Virus record (IMG/VR): IMGVR_UViG_3300009446_000002
Location: 1-56,410 of that record
Reading direction: 5' to 3' (one strand)
Origin: a virus
Length of the DNA stretch: 56,410 bases
In this document: piece by piece, positions 44,350 to 55,500 of the stretch
Layout of the letters: each line of letters opens with the position of its first letter
Numbering within the stretch: position 1 is the stretch's first letter
Program-made: the position numbers and the translations under genes
The notes under the pieces: model-generated
Told to the model about the DNA's origin: nothing
Databases searched by the model: none
The model's input: the letters and a program-made list of their open reading frames with translations, nothing else

Positions 44350-47300
44350 ATGACGGAAAAGATTAGTTTAATAATCAATATAGAAGGCTCCGAAGATTCT
44401 ATTCGGGACGTAGCAAGATTAGAAGACGCGCTTTCTGGTATAGGTCAACAAATGAAAGACCTTAAAAAAGATTCTACTGGTACTTCTACCAGCTTATCCG
44501 ATGTAAAAAAAGAACTTTTAAGCCTTAAGAATTCTGGGAAGGAAACTTCCGACGAATACAAAGAACTTTCTGCACAGTCTAAAACCCTTACTGATCGACT
44601 GGAAGGAAATAAGAAAGCTGTGGAAGATTTAAAAGTAAGCCAGCGACTTCTTCGGGAAGAAAAGAAGGAAGTAAACAAAGAACTAAATAAGTCTATTAGG
44701 GACTACCAGAAATTCGGCGATTCAATTCCAGACGATTCTATCGAAGGATTAGCCAGGGCTTATTCCGATATGAGAAAAGAACTACGCCTGGTCCCTAAGC
44801 AAATTAGAGACTTAGCAGACCAGTTCGGGAAGAATGAAGTAGCGCTAAAAAGATTAGACCCAGAATTAGAAAGCGCAGTTCGTTCTTATAATGAATTACA
44901 GAAGAAAGCAAAAGATACGAAACAGGAAGTTTTAGACTTCGACCAGGGAATAAACGATTTTACTTCTAATATAGGAAATTACGCTTCCGCTTTAGACGGC
45001 TTAAACCTGGGCGGAATACTCGGAAAGATTGGCCAGGGTGCTTTAGGCTTTGCTTCTGGCGGCGTAGGCGGCGGACTTGGCGCGCTGGGTCTTCCTTCTG
45101 TTTCAGAACTTAAGGGAATAGCTGGGGTTTTAGGTCCTGCAGGAATTGTCGGAACTGCGATAGCTGCTACAGCTTTAGCTTCGGCGAATTATGCGATAGA
45201 CGTTACCAGGGAATATGAACAGCTTTTCGCGACGGTCGGAGCTATTACAGGATTAGTAGGCGAAGACTTGCAGAACGTAACTGCACGAACGAAAACACTT
45301 TCAGAAGTATTTGGACAGGAATTCGACAGAAGCTTAGAAATAGTAAACGCCACGCAGAAAGGATTCGGCGAAGATTTTAATACTACGATCGACGAAATAA
45401 CAGAAGGGCTTATTTCTTTGGGCGACTCTGAATTAGCCAGGGATAACTTCTTAGATTCCCTAAGGGAATATCCGAAGCTAATAGCTGACGCTGGTTTTTC
45501 ATTAAGAGAATTTATACAGCTTAACGTAATAGCTGCACAGGAAGGAACCTATTCGGATAAGGTAGTAGATTCTGTTAAGGAAGCAAACCTTTCACTTAAG
45601 GAACTTACGAAGACACAGTTCGACGCTTTGGAATCTACTTTAGGAAACGACTTCGCTGCAGATATAGAAAAGAGAATAAGAGAAGGAACGACTTCTTCGA
45701 AAGACGCTATTTTAGAAATAGGCGAAGCATTAGAAGAAGGCGGCGCAGACCTGCAGGACTACGCTATAATTTCAGCAGATGTTTTTAAAGGTGCAGGCGA
45801 AGATTCTGGTGGGTTTAAAGAAGTATATGAAATCGTAAAAGAATCTATAGTAGCGGCAAATGAAGAAATAGGCGAAAGTCAAAACGCCTACGAAAGAAGA
45901 CTTCGAACAAGCATAGAGGCGACCCAGGACTTAAACGAAGAACAGACCCTTTTAGCTTCACAACTTGCAGGACTTGGAACTTCATTTGATTCTATAGGAA
46001 CTAAGGCGAAAGCTTTCGGAACTTCATTACTTAACGACGTTCTTCTTAATTTTAGAGCGCTTAAAAAAGAGTTCGAAGACGGAAACGGATTAGAAGGCGT
46101 AGGAAATTTCTTAGCAAATAGTTTCGAATTAATTATACCCGACAGCGTAGAAGAATATTTCGGATTCGCAGAAGAAGGCGCAGGCGGAAGGAAAGCTGGA
46201 AGGGAAACACTAGCTGAAATTATTGCAGCCGACGCGGAAGCCCTGCAGGAAGTTAACGAAGGAATAGCAAAAGACAACGAAGCCAGAAGTAAGGCGGAAG
46301 AATTAGAAATAGAAAGGAAAAGGAAACAGGCTGCAGCTACCAGGGCGCTTAATAAATCCATAAGGGAAGAAGCACAAAGTAACGCAGCGGAAATTAAGAA
46401 GTCGGAAGCAGAAAAAAGGAAAGTAGAAAAGGACGCTGCAGCAGCAGAAAAGAAATTCGAGCAGGACAAAGAAAAGGCTGCAGCAAATATTTCTAAATTA
46501 GAAAATGAAATAGGCGACGGACAGGCGAAGCTTTTAGAAAAGAATCTTACGGACCTGGAAGAATACGAAAGACAAAAAGCGGCTTTAGTCGGCGATTCAG
46601 AAACAGAAATAGGAAAACTGTTAGGAGACGAAACACAGATAGCGCAGCAGACAGAACTTATAAAGCAGGCTTTAGACATACAGATCGCAGAACTAAAAAA
46701 GAAAAGAGAAGAAGCTTTAGATTCTGCAGCAGATAATACATTCCAGGAAGCGGAAGCTGCACTTAATAACGATCGGACTGCAGAAGAATTCGGCGCAATA
46801 ACAGATTTTAATAATGAGATAGGAACGGACGCTACAAACGCCGAAAGGATTACTGCAGAAAAAGAACTGTACGACGAACTTATAAGAATAGAGCAGGAAT
46901 ATTTAGAAAGGCGCGAACAACTAATAGAAAACGACCCTTCGTTAACGGACGAAGAAAGAATAGCTAAGCTTAAAGAGATAGCAGAAAGGGAACAGCAGAT
47001 CAACGAAGAAAAGAACCAAGTTTTAATAGACCAGGAAGAAAAGGCTGCTGCGGAACGTGCGCAGATTCAAGAAAGAAGCGCTGCAATTTTAGGAAGCGCT
47101 ATCGAAGGAATAGGAAGCGCTATAGGTTCTTTTATTGGTGACCAGGAAAAGGACGTAAAAGAATTTTACAAAGGTCTTATTAACGTAGCTATTCAAGCGT
47201 TAGAGCAGTTTCTTATAGCTTCTATTACAGCGCAGTCTTTAGCGCAGCCCGATTCCGTTGCTACATTTGGGGCAACTGCGGCGCCAAGAATTGCACTTCT

Positions 47301-47982
47301 TACAGGATTAGTAAAAGCTGCTTTCGGAATAGTTCGCGGCGCTATTGCACAATTCGAAGAAGGCGGAAACACAGACCCGAACAACTTAACACAGGCTAAA
47401 GACGCCTTCGGCTTAATGTGGCATATGAACAACGGCGGAAGAATTTCTTTTCCTGCAAAGTCTGGCGGACTTATACAGGGACCAGACCACAGTAACGGCG
47501 GCGTAAAGTTTAGAGTAAAAAAAGGCGGAAGAAGTTTTATAGGTGAAGCGCGCGGTAATGAGTTAATAATGAATGAAAGACAGCAGTCGGCTTTAGAAAG
47601 TATAGCTGGTAAAGATATTTACAAACGAATAGGAATTCCAGGGGCTTCTTCTGTGTCTCAAAATTTAGCTAACTATTACGGCGGAAGGTCTTCTGGAAGG
47701 TCTTCTGGGAATTACTTTCAATATGAAGCAGGCGGCTTTATTCCGCAGGTAGCTTCTGCAGCAGATTTTAGTTCTGCAATGCGCGGAAATATGAACTTAA
47801 GAATAAGCGAAGAAGATTCTGTTCGTAATGCCGAAATAATAGCGGAAGCTGTAGGGCAAAAACAAACAGAAGTTTTACAGCAAACGCGCGACGAAATGGT
47901 AGAACAGTTTACTACTGCTTTAGATTCAGTAAATAGATTACGCGAAAGAGAATCCGCAGCAAAGTCTTCCGCCGAAATATGA
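44350..47982 (+). CDS. Tail tape measure protein
   Basis: 1210 aa. Long coiled coils plus Gly-rich hydrophobic segments (GGVGGGLGALGLPS...). Followed by large tail genes. Confidence 0.8.
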   Translation: MTEKISLIINIEGSEDSIRDVARLEDALSGIGQQMKDLKKDSTGTSTSLSDVKKELLSLKNSGKETSDEYKELSAQSKTLTDRLEGNKKAVEDLKVSQRLLREEKKEVNKELNKSIRDYQKFGDSIPDDSIEGLARAYSDMRKELRLVPKQIRDLADQFGKNEVALKRLDPELESAVRSYNELQKKAKDTKQEVLDFDQGINDFTSNIGNYASALDGLNLGGILGKIGQGALGFASGGVGGGLGALGLPSVSELKGIAGVLGPAGIVGTAIAATALASANYAIDVTREYEQLFATVGAITGLVGEDLQNVTARTKTLSEVFGQEFDRSLEIVNATQKGFGEDFNTTIDEITEGLISLGDSELARDNFLDSLREYPKLIADAGFSLREFIQLNVIAAQEGTYSDKVVDSVKEANLSLKELTKTQFDALESTLGNDFAADIEKRIREGTTSSKDAILEIGEALEEGGADLQDYAIISADVFKGAGEDSGGFKEVYEIVKESIVAANEEIGESQNAYERRLRTSIEATQDLNEEQTLLASQLAGLGTSFDSIGTKAKAFGTSLLNDVLLNFRALKKEFEDGNGLEGVGNFLANSFELIIPDSVEEYFGFAEEGAGGRKAGRETLAEIIAADAEALQEVNEGIAKDNEARSKAEELEIERKRKQAAATRALNKSIREEAQSNAAEIKKSEAEKRKVEKDAAAAEKKFEQDKEKAAANISKLENEIGDGQAKLLEKNLTDLEEYERQKAALVGDSETEIGKLLGDETQIAQQTELIKQALDIQIAELKKKREEALDSAADNTFQEAEAALNNDRTAEEFGAITDFNNEIGTDATNAERITAEKELYDELIRIEQEYLERREQLIENDPSLTDEERIAKLKEIAEREQQINEEKNQVLIDQEEKAAAERAQIQERSAAILGSAIEGIGSAIGSFIGDQEKDVKEFYKGLINVAIQALEQFLIASITAQSLAQPDSVATFGATAAPRIALLTGLVKAAFGIVRGAIAQFEEGGNTDPNNLTQAKDAFGLMWHMNNGGRISFPAKSGGLIQGPDHSNGGVKFRVKKGGRSFIGEARGNELIMNERQQSALESIAGKDIYKRIGIPGASSVSQNLANYYGGRSSGRSSGNYFQYEAGGFIPQVASAADFSSAMRGNMNLRISEEDSVRNAEIIAEAVGQKQTEVLQQTRDEMVEQFTTALDSVNRLRERESAAKSSAEI

Positions 47983-48128
47983 AGAAATTAATACACAGGC
48001 TGGACTACTACTATGTAGAAGACTACGATATAGTAGTTTTTTACTTAGGTAAAAAATTATTCTTAACGATAGGTCGATCCAAGTTCGAAGAATACGAAAA
48101 GAAATATAGACTAAAATTTAATTCTTAA
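47979..48128 (+). CDS. Hypothetical 49-aa protein
   Basis: ATGA overlap with the tape-measure stop. Translated by eye. Confidence 0.3.
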   Translation: MKKLIHRLDYYYVEDYDIVVFYLGKKLFLTIGRSKFEEYEKKYRLKFNS

Positions 48129-48131
48129 AAT

Positions 48132-49283
48132 ATGGCTGTTATAATTGTACAGAATCCTACAAACACAGGCGGCGGCGGCGGCGGTCTTATTCCTGTAACT
48201 AATTGTATAAAATGGCTTATACAAATGACAGGCGTAGAGACAGAAACAGAATGTAAAACTTTAAAATACCAACTGTGCGACGATCAAGGGAACGAAATAT
48301 CTTCTGTGCAAACTATACAGCCGCCAGAAGGCGTATTTTTTCCGCTATCTTTTGAAAAAGATATTAAGTCTTACTTTGAAGTTAAGCCGCCGCTAGGAAA
48401 TGGAACAAACCCTTTGCCCTTCGAAAATAAAGTAAGCGTATTACTGAAATACTGGGAAGTAACAACTACTAAAACGCTGCCCTGCACATCTACGGAAGGC
48501 GCACAAATGACGGACGGGAATTACGATGTAATTAACGCTGGTGATAATTGGTTCTGTAGGTTTAACGAAAACAGACCTTTAAACATTAAGCCCGAACTTA
48601 TGGAAGTATGTAGAGATACGAAAGACTGGCTTTACTTCTGCAAGGGCGGAACGGTCGGCGCTGTTCTATATGATTCTAAAGGTCAAACAGTCGGCGACTT
48701 TGGACCGTTAACAGTATCGGACGACAATTACGTCGGCGTAGGTCCTGGGAATATTTACCCAGACGGCGTTCCTGCTCATATAGAATGTATAGAGGTTTAC
48801 GGACCAGGTATAAATTATAAGTACGTTTTTTGTTGCTGTAAAGATTCTCATATAGATATTCACTTCCAGTCTATATTAGGCGGCTTTTCTACTATGTCTT
48901 TCAATGAAACGGAATCTATAACGCTTACTACTTCACAAAGCGAAGTCTGCAGGAATTCTTCTTTCTGCAGGAAGGGCTTATCTATTTGGACAGAAGATTC
49001 TGGTTTTAGAATTTCAGAAAAAACTATTTTCAAAAAGTACAGTTTAAAAAAGACAATAGAGGCGCCCGACAGCTTAAGACAGCAGGCTTTTTTCCAGGAC
49101 TTTTTTACTTCCTGCGTTTACTACATAACGGTAAACGATAATAAGACAGAAGTAAGTTCTATCCGTATTCCTTTTATTTTGGACCCTGGGACTTTTAAAA
49201 TAATGGATAAGAAAGGCTGCTTCGAATTGAATGTTACAGGCTACATTCCTATTCCTACAAATAAGCCTTCTTCTGGATTCTAA
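48132..49283 (+). CDS. Tail/baseplate protein (distal-tail-protein position)
   Basis: 383-aa ORF directly after the tape measure gene. Positional only. Confidence 0.5.
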   Translation: MAVIIVQNPTNTGGGGGGLIPVTNCIKWLIQMTGVETETECKTLKYQLCDDQGNEISSVQTIQPPEGVFFPLSFEKDIKSYFEVKPPLGNGTNPLPFENKVSVLLKYWEVTTTKTLPCTSTEGAQMTDGNYDVINAGDNWFCRFNENRPLNIKPELMEVCRDTKDWLYFCKGGTVGAVLYDSKGQTVGDFGPLTVSDDNYVGVGPGNIYPDGVPAHIECIEVYGPGINYKYVFCCCKDSHIDIHFQSILGGFSTMSFNETESITLTTSQSEVCRNSSFCRKGLSIWTEDSGFRISEKTIFKKYSLKKTIEAPDSLRQQAFFQDFFTSCVYYITVNDNKTEVSSIRIPFILDPGTFKIMDKKGCFELNVTGYIPIPTNKPSSGF

Positions 49284-49294
49284 AAATAAAATAA

Positions 49295-52200
49295 ATGTCT
49301 ACCTGCGCTTCGATAACAATTCTTAAACAGTTTTCATTTATACCGAATCATTTAACCGATTCGAGCGGCTTTGTAAATTTAGATTTACCAGCTAAATTTT
49401 CATTCCAGGAAAACAAAGTCTTAGGAGAATTAAATGACTTAGGAAAACTTACATTTAATTACATTACTGGAATACAAATAGAGAACAGCGAAAAGAATAA
49501 GATTTTAGCGCGAAACATATTACACCCGAATAACGAATTTCGATGCGAACCTTTAGCTGCTTTAATTTCTTCTGGTTGTGCTACGAATACAGATAACGAA
49601 ATATTATTTAAAAAATATTCTAACGATAGAATAGAAGTAGACGTAGTTACGAAGGTTAACGACTGGGCAAAAAAACTGGCGCTATGTAGTCTTTCGGAAT
49701 TATACAAAGACGAAGAATTTGTTTTTACCTGCGACAATGTTTTAGCTAATATTCAAAGTCAAAACACCTACCAAGTCGGAAACCCAGGATTTACTTTTCC
49801 AGAAGCTTTCTATGGTAATTCGCATTCTTCCCAGGGCTTAGGTTATGACATTACACAAACAGACGGAACAGAAGAAGGCTGCGGAACTTCCGACGGTTCT
49901 ATAGAGTTTTCGCAGAATCCTATTACTTACAATTCGAAGAACGTCTGCAAAGCATTAACACAGCAGCGCCCCTGGTTATTTGCAGCAAATGTTTTCGAAC
50001 GCGCTTTCTGCAAAGTCGGAAAGCCTTTTAGTTCGCCTTTATTAGAAAGCGAATTTGGTAGCCGAATAATGACTTTAAATCTAAATAAGGAATACGGAAC
50101 AGGCGACGAAAAATATTTACTAAATATGGCTGCAGAACATAATACTTCTGTAGGCCCTACTACTGTTCTATGGAATGAAAAGAACGGACTGGCAGGCTGT
50201 CACTATTTACCGAATACTATCTTAGATAACGGCGGCGGATTTAACGGAAGAAATTACTGCGGCGTAGGAACCGTAAAAGTAAAAGGAAGTTTTAAATTTA
50301 GATTCGACGACGATCGCGAAAATAATAGTTTTGTTCATGTTACATTTATAAAGAGAACAAAGGGCGGCGGCGGAACTACAGGCTCAATTTATAAACAGGT
50401 TCTTATAAATGAATGGAAGAAAGACCAGGAATTCTGTATAGAGATAGACGAAGAAATTTCTATTTCAGAAAAGCAGGAACTTTGTTTGCACTATTGGCGG
50501 TCTAATTCAGATATAGAAATATTTCAGCTACAGGGTTCTTCTTTACAAATAGAAGGCTGTAGGAAACTTTGGGAAGACGGCGACGTAGTAAAAATGTCGG
50601 ACCTTATTTCTTCCGAAGTAACTGCTTTAGATTACGTTAAGGGAATAACCGAAGCTTTAAATTTAAAATGGTTCGAAGACCCGAAGACCTGCAAAATAAT
50701 TGCCTTGCAGCCTTACGAGATCACAAAGTTAGACGAAACAGTCCCAGGCTTCTTCGACGAATTAGAACTTATAGATTGGACAGAAAAAGCAAACGAAAAA
50801 AATATTTGCGTAACTGCACCAGAAATTAATTCGCCGCGTTATTGTTTACTGAAATATAAAGAAGCTACAGATTTATTTTTAAAAGATAACGAAAACTTCC
50901 CTGTAGATTTATGGAGCCGAACAATAGACCTGGGCGAAAAGTTTACTTCCGACGAAACTAAGGAAAGGGAAAACCCTTTATTCGAACCCGTAATAAATGA
51001 AACTGGCGGCGGTCTTAATTCTATGCTTCTACAAAGTAAAGACGGCGAAGACTCCTGGTGCTTAGGTAATAAGATCGCTTTTTCTTACGGTCTTCGCGAC
51101 AGCTTCCACGTAGATACTTCCGCATTCACTACAGGCGACCCGAACTTCCCTTTCGGCGACTCCTGGGAAAAGACTTCTTTCCTTAATTGTAAACACGAAG
51201 AACAGACTACGACCTTAATAGCTGGTCAATATATACCAGGCTATCTTAGTCCAGAAGGCGGCGGAACTACTTCGGAAATTCTGCAGGGTGCAGAAATAGA
51301 CTGCAATGGAATTCTAACTTATGAAATTAACGCACACGGAAATCCTCCGAACATACAGACTGCTTACCATTTATTTTGGGCGCGTTACCTTCTGGAAAGT
51401 CTGCTGCAGATTCCTTTAGAATACATAGTTCCTTTAAGCTGCAAAGAATACGGCGAAATAAATTTCCGAAATAGGTACTTAGTTACAGTAGAAGGAAAGG
51501 CTGTCTTCGCAAGGCTTACGCGCGTCTTTGATTTTCAAGCCTGCAGGAATATTCCGACTCCTGTAGAATTTATCGCTATGAAGCCCTTAGTAGAACTTTG
51601 TGGAATAATTACACCAGACGGCGGAAGCGATAACAACGAACCTATCTGCTTAAACTTTCCTTCTTTCGATTGTCAAAAGATCGGAGAAAACTGGTTCGTA
51701 AGTATAGGCGGAAGTATGGAAGCGAATATAGATTCTGTTTTATGGGAATGTAGGACGCCAGGCGGAACCTGGGAAACTTTAGGCGAAACAGGTTCTTCTA
51801 TTATGATTACGCCTGCAGACTTTGGAAGCGAACCCTGCAAAGAAGTAAAGGCTACAGTTTCTTTTCTTCCTGTAAATGGCGTAGAATGTTTACCTATTAC
51901 GCTTCCGAATAAAAAGCTTTTAAACTGCGTAGAAGTTATTCCAGTTTTAGACTGCGTAGTAACTACGCAAGGGACTCAAATCTGCGCTTCTGCCGTAGTC
52001 GATGCACAGGGCGAAGCTTATACTGCTAACCTATATGTAGATTTAAACGACGGAAACGGAAACCAGCCTTATAATGAATCTACTTTAATCTGCGGACTTA
52101 CTGCAGCGCCTACCTTCGGCGGAACGGTAGACTTTACAGAAGATAATTGCGACCCTGTAGACCTTATAGAATTGACCTGCGAAATTCCAGACTTAGTATG

Positions 52201-52516
52201 TCCAGTAGGTCCGCTTACTGCGCACTTTATATGCGACGGCGACTGCTGGACTGCAGAACGCGGCGAATACCAGGGAACAGATATAAACTTCTTAGGCTAC
52301 CAGGTAATAGATAGATTCTTATTCCGATGCTGGGACGACGAAGCGAACGATTGGGGCGAATGGTGTTTCTATAAAGAAAAAGTTTGCTGCAATAAAGTCG
52401 AATTTATGCGAACAGTAGAATTCTGCGACGCCGACTGCCCTAAGATGAAAAGCGAAATTTACACCTGCGATAAAAACAATGTAGACCCAGGACAAAACAC
52501 AGTAATAGTATTATGA
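49295..52516 (+). CDS. Large tail/baseplate protein (Tal position), C-terminal third Cys-rich
   Basis: 1073-aa ORF. Positional assignment. No signal peptide. Confidence 0.55.
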   Translation: MSTCASITILKQFSFIPNHLTDSSGFVNLDLPAKFSFQENKVLGELNDLGKLTFNYITGIQIENSEKNKILARNILHPNNEFRCEPLAALISSGCATNTDNEILFKKYSNDRIEVDVVTKVNDWAKKLALCSLSELYKDEEFVFTCDNVLANIQSQNTYQVGNPGFTFPEAFYGNSHSSQGLGYDITQTDGTEEGCGTSDGSIEFSQNPITYNSKNVCKALTQQRPWLFAANVFERAFCKVGKPFSSPLLESEFGSRIMTLNLNKEYGTGDEKYLLNMAAEHNTSVGPTTVLWNEKNGLAGCHYLPNTILDNGGGFNGRNYCGVGTVKVKGSFKFRFDDDRENNSFVHVTFIKRTKGGGGTTGSIYKQVLINEWKKDQEFCIEIDEEISISEKQELCLHYWRSNSDIEIFQLQGSSLQIEGCRKLWEDGDVVKMSDLISSEVTALDYVKGITEALNLKWFEDPKTCKIIALQPYEITKLDETVPGFFDELELIDWTEKANEKNICVTAPEINSPRYCLLKYKEATDLFLKDNENFPVDLWSRTIDLGEKFTSDETKERENPLFEPVINETGGGLNSMLLQSKDGEDSWCLGNKIAFSYGLRDSFHVDTSAFTTGDPNFPFGDSWEKTSFLNCKHEEQTTTLIAGQYIPGYLSPEGGGTTSEILQGAEIDCNGILTYEINAHGNPPNIQTAYHLFWARYLLESLLQIPLEYIVPLSCKEYGEINFRNRYLVTVEGKAVFARLTRVFDFQACRNIPTPVEFIAMKPLVELCGIITPDGGSDNNEPICLNFPSFDCQKIGENWFVSIGGSMEANIDSVLWECRTPGGTWETLGETGSSIMITPADFGSEPCKEVKATVSFLPVNGVECLPITLPNKKLLNCVEVIPVLDCVVTTQGTQICASAVVDAQGEAYTANLYVDLNDGNGNQPYNESTLICGLTAAPTFGGTVDFTEDNCDPVDLIELTCEIPDLVCPVGPLTAHFICDGDCWTAERGEYQGTDINFLGYQVIDRFLFRCWDDEANDWGEWCFYKEKVCCNKVEFMRTVEFCDADCPKMKSEIYTCDKNNVDPGQNTVIVL

Positions 52517-55500
52517 TGAAAAAAATATTTATTCTTATTCTGCTTTTTATGCTAGTCGTGCAGACTTGCTTTTCGCAGATAGACCCTTCTAATATTTGCT
52601 TATTTGACATTATAGAAGGAAATCCGTCTACAGGCGGAACGATCGAAATTACAGACGACCCTACAGGAACGCTTAATACTACTTACGACTGGGACGAATC
52701 CTGCGTAGACCTTTCTTCTTTAGAATGCGAAGTAGTTACTTTTACTTACTGTGTAGAAGGCGACTGCCCAGAACCCGAATTCGTAAACTGTGACGAAATA
52801 TGTACAGAACATGAAATAATAAAAGGCTTTACAGAATTAGACTGCGACTGGACACAAAGGCAGGACCCTGTAGCTGGTTCCGGTCCCTGGGACGTTTTTA
52901 CGCCAGGCTGTAGCGCGACAATTTGCAGCGACGGCGTTAACGACTTCTGGTTCCGACTTATTCCGAACGGAATTACTTCGGACGACGACTGCGAACTTAC
53001 AGGACCTTACGGAACTATAGACTTAAGTTTAAACGGTGCAGGAATTATGTTTAATGTAGATCAGACGCATTCTGGAACTTATACCTGGATTTGCTTCGAA
53101 GGTGACGAACTGTGCGAACAGTCTGGCGAATTCATTTTAGAAATAGAACCCTGCGACGATTGTAGCTTAATGTGCGGAAGTCCGATCGTAGAAAACAATA
53201 TTTGCGAATCTACGGACTTAGGAATAATTTCTTTTTGTATTACTGGCGGAATAGCGCCTTATTCCTGGACTACGGTAGACGGAACTATTACTTCTTCTAA
53301 TTTTTGTGAAGAACTTTTCGTAGATGCAAGCAGCGGAACTTATTTTGTAACTGTAACGGATGCGAACGACTGCGAAGTAATTTGCGAAGCAGAAATAATT
53401 TCAGAAGATAACGAAGACTTCCTTTGCGAAGTAGAAACAGAACCAGACAACTGCGCACAGTCCACAGGCGAGGCTACTGCAAACCAGACAGGCGGAACAG
53501 CGCCCTTTAGTTATCAATGGGATAACGGCGGAACTACTGAAACGATAACAGGACTTTCCGAAGGAGTTTACTGTGTAACTATTGTAGATAATTTTGGCTG
53601 TGAAGTTTCCTGCTGCGAATCCGTAATAAATGTAGAAAGTAATTTAATTTGTGATATTACAGAAACGAACGAAAGCTGCGCAGGAAACGACGGAACGCTT
53701 TCTGTAAATACTTTAAACGGTCCTGCACCGTTTTTATATAATTGGAGCAATGGACAAAATACAAACCCTATAAGCGGATTAACTGCAGGAATTTATTCTT
53801 TAACAGTTACAGACGCAGACGGCTGTTCTGCTGTTTGTGAAGGCGAAGTAGTTTACGAATGCGTTTGCGATTTAGAAATTATTTCTTTATTTCCAGAAGA
53901 CTTCTGCCCAGGTGAAGAAGGAAGCATACAGGTATTTTATTCTGGCGGAACAGCACCTTATTCTATTATTTGGTCTAATGGAGAAACTACGAACCCTATT
54001 ACTGTAAATACTGCAGGAAGTTATTCGGTAACGGTTACAGATACAAACGACTGCGAATCTATAGGCGTAGGAAATGTAAACGAATATCCTGCGCCGACTT
54101 GTTCGGTAGTAACAACGGAAACAGAATGTACTTCGCCGACAGGGACAGTAGAAGTAAATGTAGTCGGCGGAACGCCTTCTTATTCTTATTTGTGGTCGGA
54201 CGGTTCTACTTCTTCTTCTGTTACTGGACTGTCTGCAGGAATCTATTCGGTAACTGTTACAGATTCGAACGGATGCGTTACAGAATGCGAAGGCGAAGTA
54301 GAGGAATTCGAAGCGAATGATGGAAACTGTAGAACACGAATCCAGGGCGGACAATGGGAAAATACGTGCTTTATAAATTTCTGCCCTAACGATGGGCTTA
54401 TAACTTTCTTAGATGTGCAGCCAGGCGGTAATACAAATAACTGCTTTATAGTTTCGCCTTCTACAATTACTTATAATGCGAACAATGGAATAAACGGTCT
54501 TTTTGTAATAGACGATTCTATAGAAGAAGAAGGCGCCTGGGTATCAACGTGCGAAGATTCGAACGGATGCACATATAATATAACTTTCTTTTTAACAGAA
54601 GACTGCCCCTGTAATTTAGTTCCTGTTTGTTCTGCAGAAGATGAAACCTGCACAGATTACGACGACGGAATAATAGAAGTAACACCTACAGGCGCTAATT
54701 ACGTCTGGTCGGACGGACAAACAACGAATCCAGCTATAGGATTAGAACCAGGAACTTATTTTGTAACGGTAACAGATTCGAATGGATGTTCTGGAACCTG
54801 CGAAGGAGAAGTAGAAGAAGCGACTTTAGGCGGAATAGTTCTTAACGGCGACTGTTCGTCTTTAACTTGGTTCTGGTCGCCCTATCCTGGCGGTTCTGGT
54901 GCTTACTTTACTCAATGGTTTTTAGACGGCGTTTTTATTTCGAACGGCGATCCTATAACGCCGATAGGAACAGGAACTTACACAGCGATAGTTTCTTATT
55001 CTGGAACTGGTAATAATTGCGACTATACAGGACCAGGACTTTTCTTAGATTGTACTGCAGGCTGCACAGACCCAGTAGTAAGTATTTCGGGCGGATGCAC
55101 GATATTAACTTCTTCTATTTCGGGCGCCTGCCCTTCGCCTACTTATCAATGGTTTCTAAATGGTGCTGCAATTTCGGGCGCGACTTCTTCGACATATAGT
55201 CCGCCGCCTAATATTTCGGGCTTTATTAATTTACAGGTTCTTTGTTCGAATGGATGCGACGACACGTCTAACAGTATTTCTTTAAACTGCGGCTGCACAG
55301 ACCCAGTAGTAAGTATTTCGGGCGGATGCACGATGTTAACTTCTTCTATTTCGGGCGCCTGCCCTGGTGCTTCTTATCAATGGTTCTTAAATGGTTCTGC
55401 TGTTTCTGGTGCAACTTCTTCGACCTGGACACCACCTGCAGGAACTTCTGGAAATGTTCTTTTAGATGTAAATTGTAGTAACGGCTGCGGCGATTCTTCA

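Noticed and set aside
45888-47003. 371-aa ORF on the minus strand inside the tape measure gene
   Set aside because: It is fully antisense to a well-supported + strand gene. Its translation is Ser/Ala/Phe low-complexity, the mirror image of GAA/GCA/AAG-rich coiled-coil codons, which simply lack reverse-strand stops.
47440-47560. The GGLIQGPDHSNGGVKF motif near the tape-measure C-terminus as a lytic (peptidoglycan hydrolase) domain
   Set aside because: I could not tie the motif to a named catalytic family from memory. It needs a profile search before any claim.
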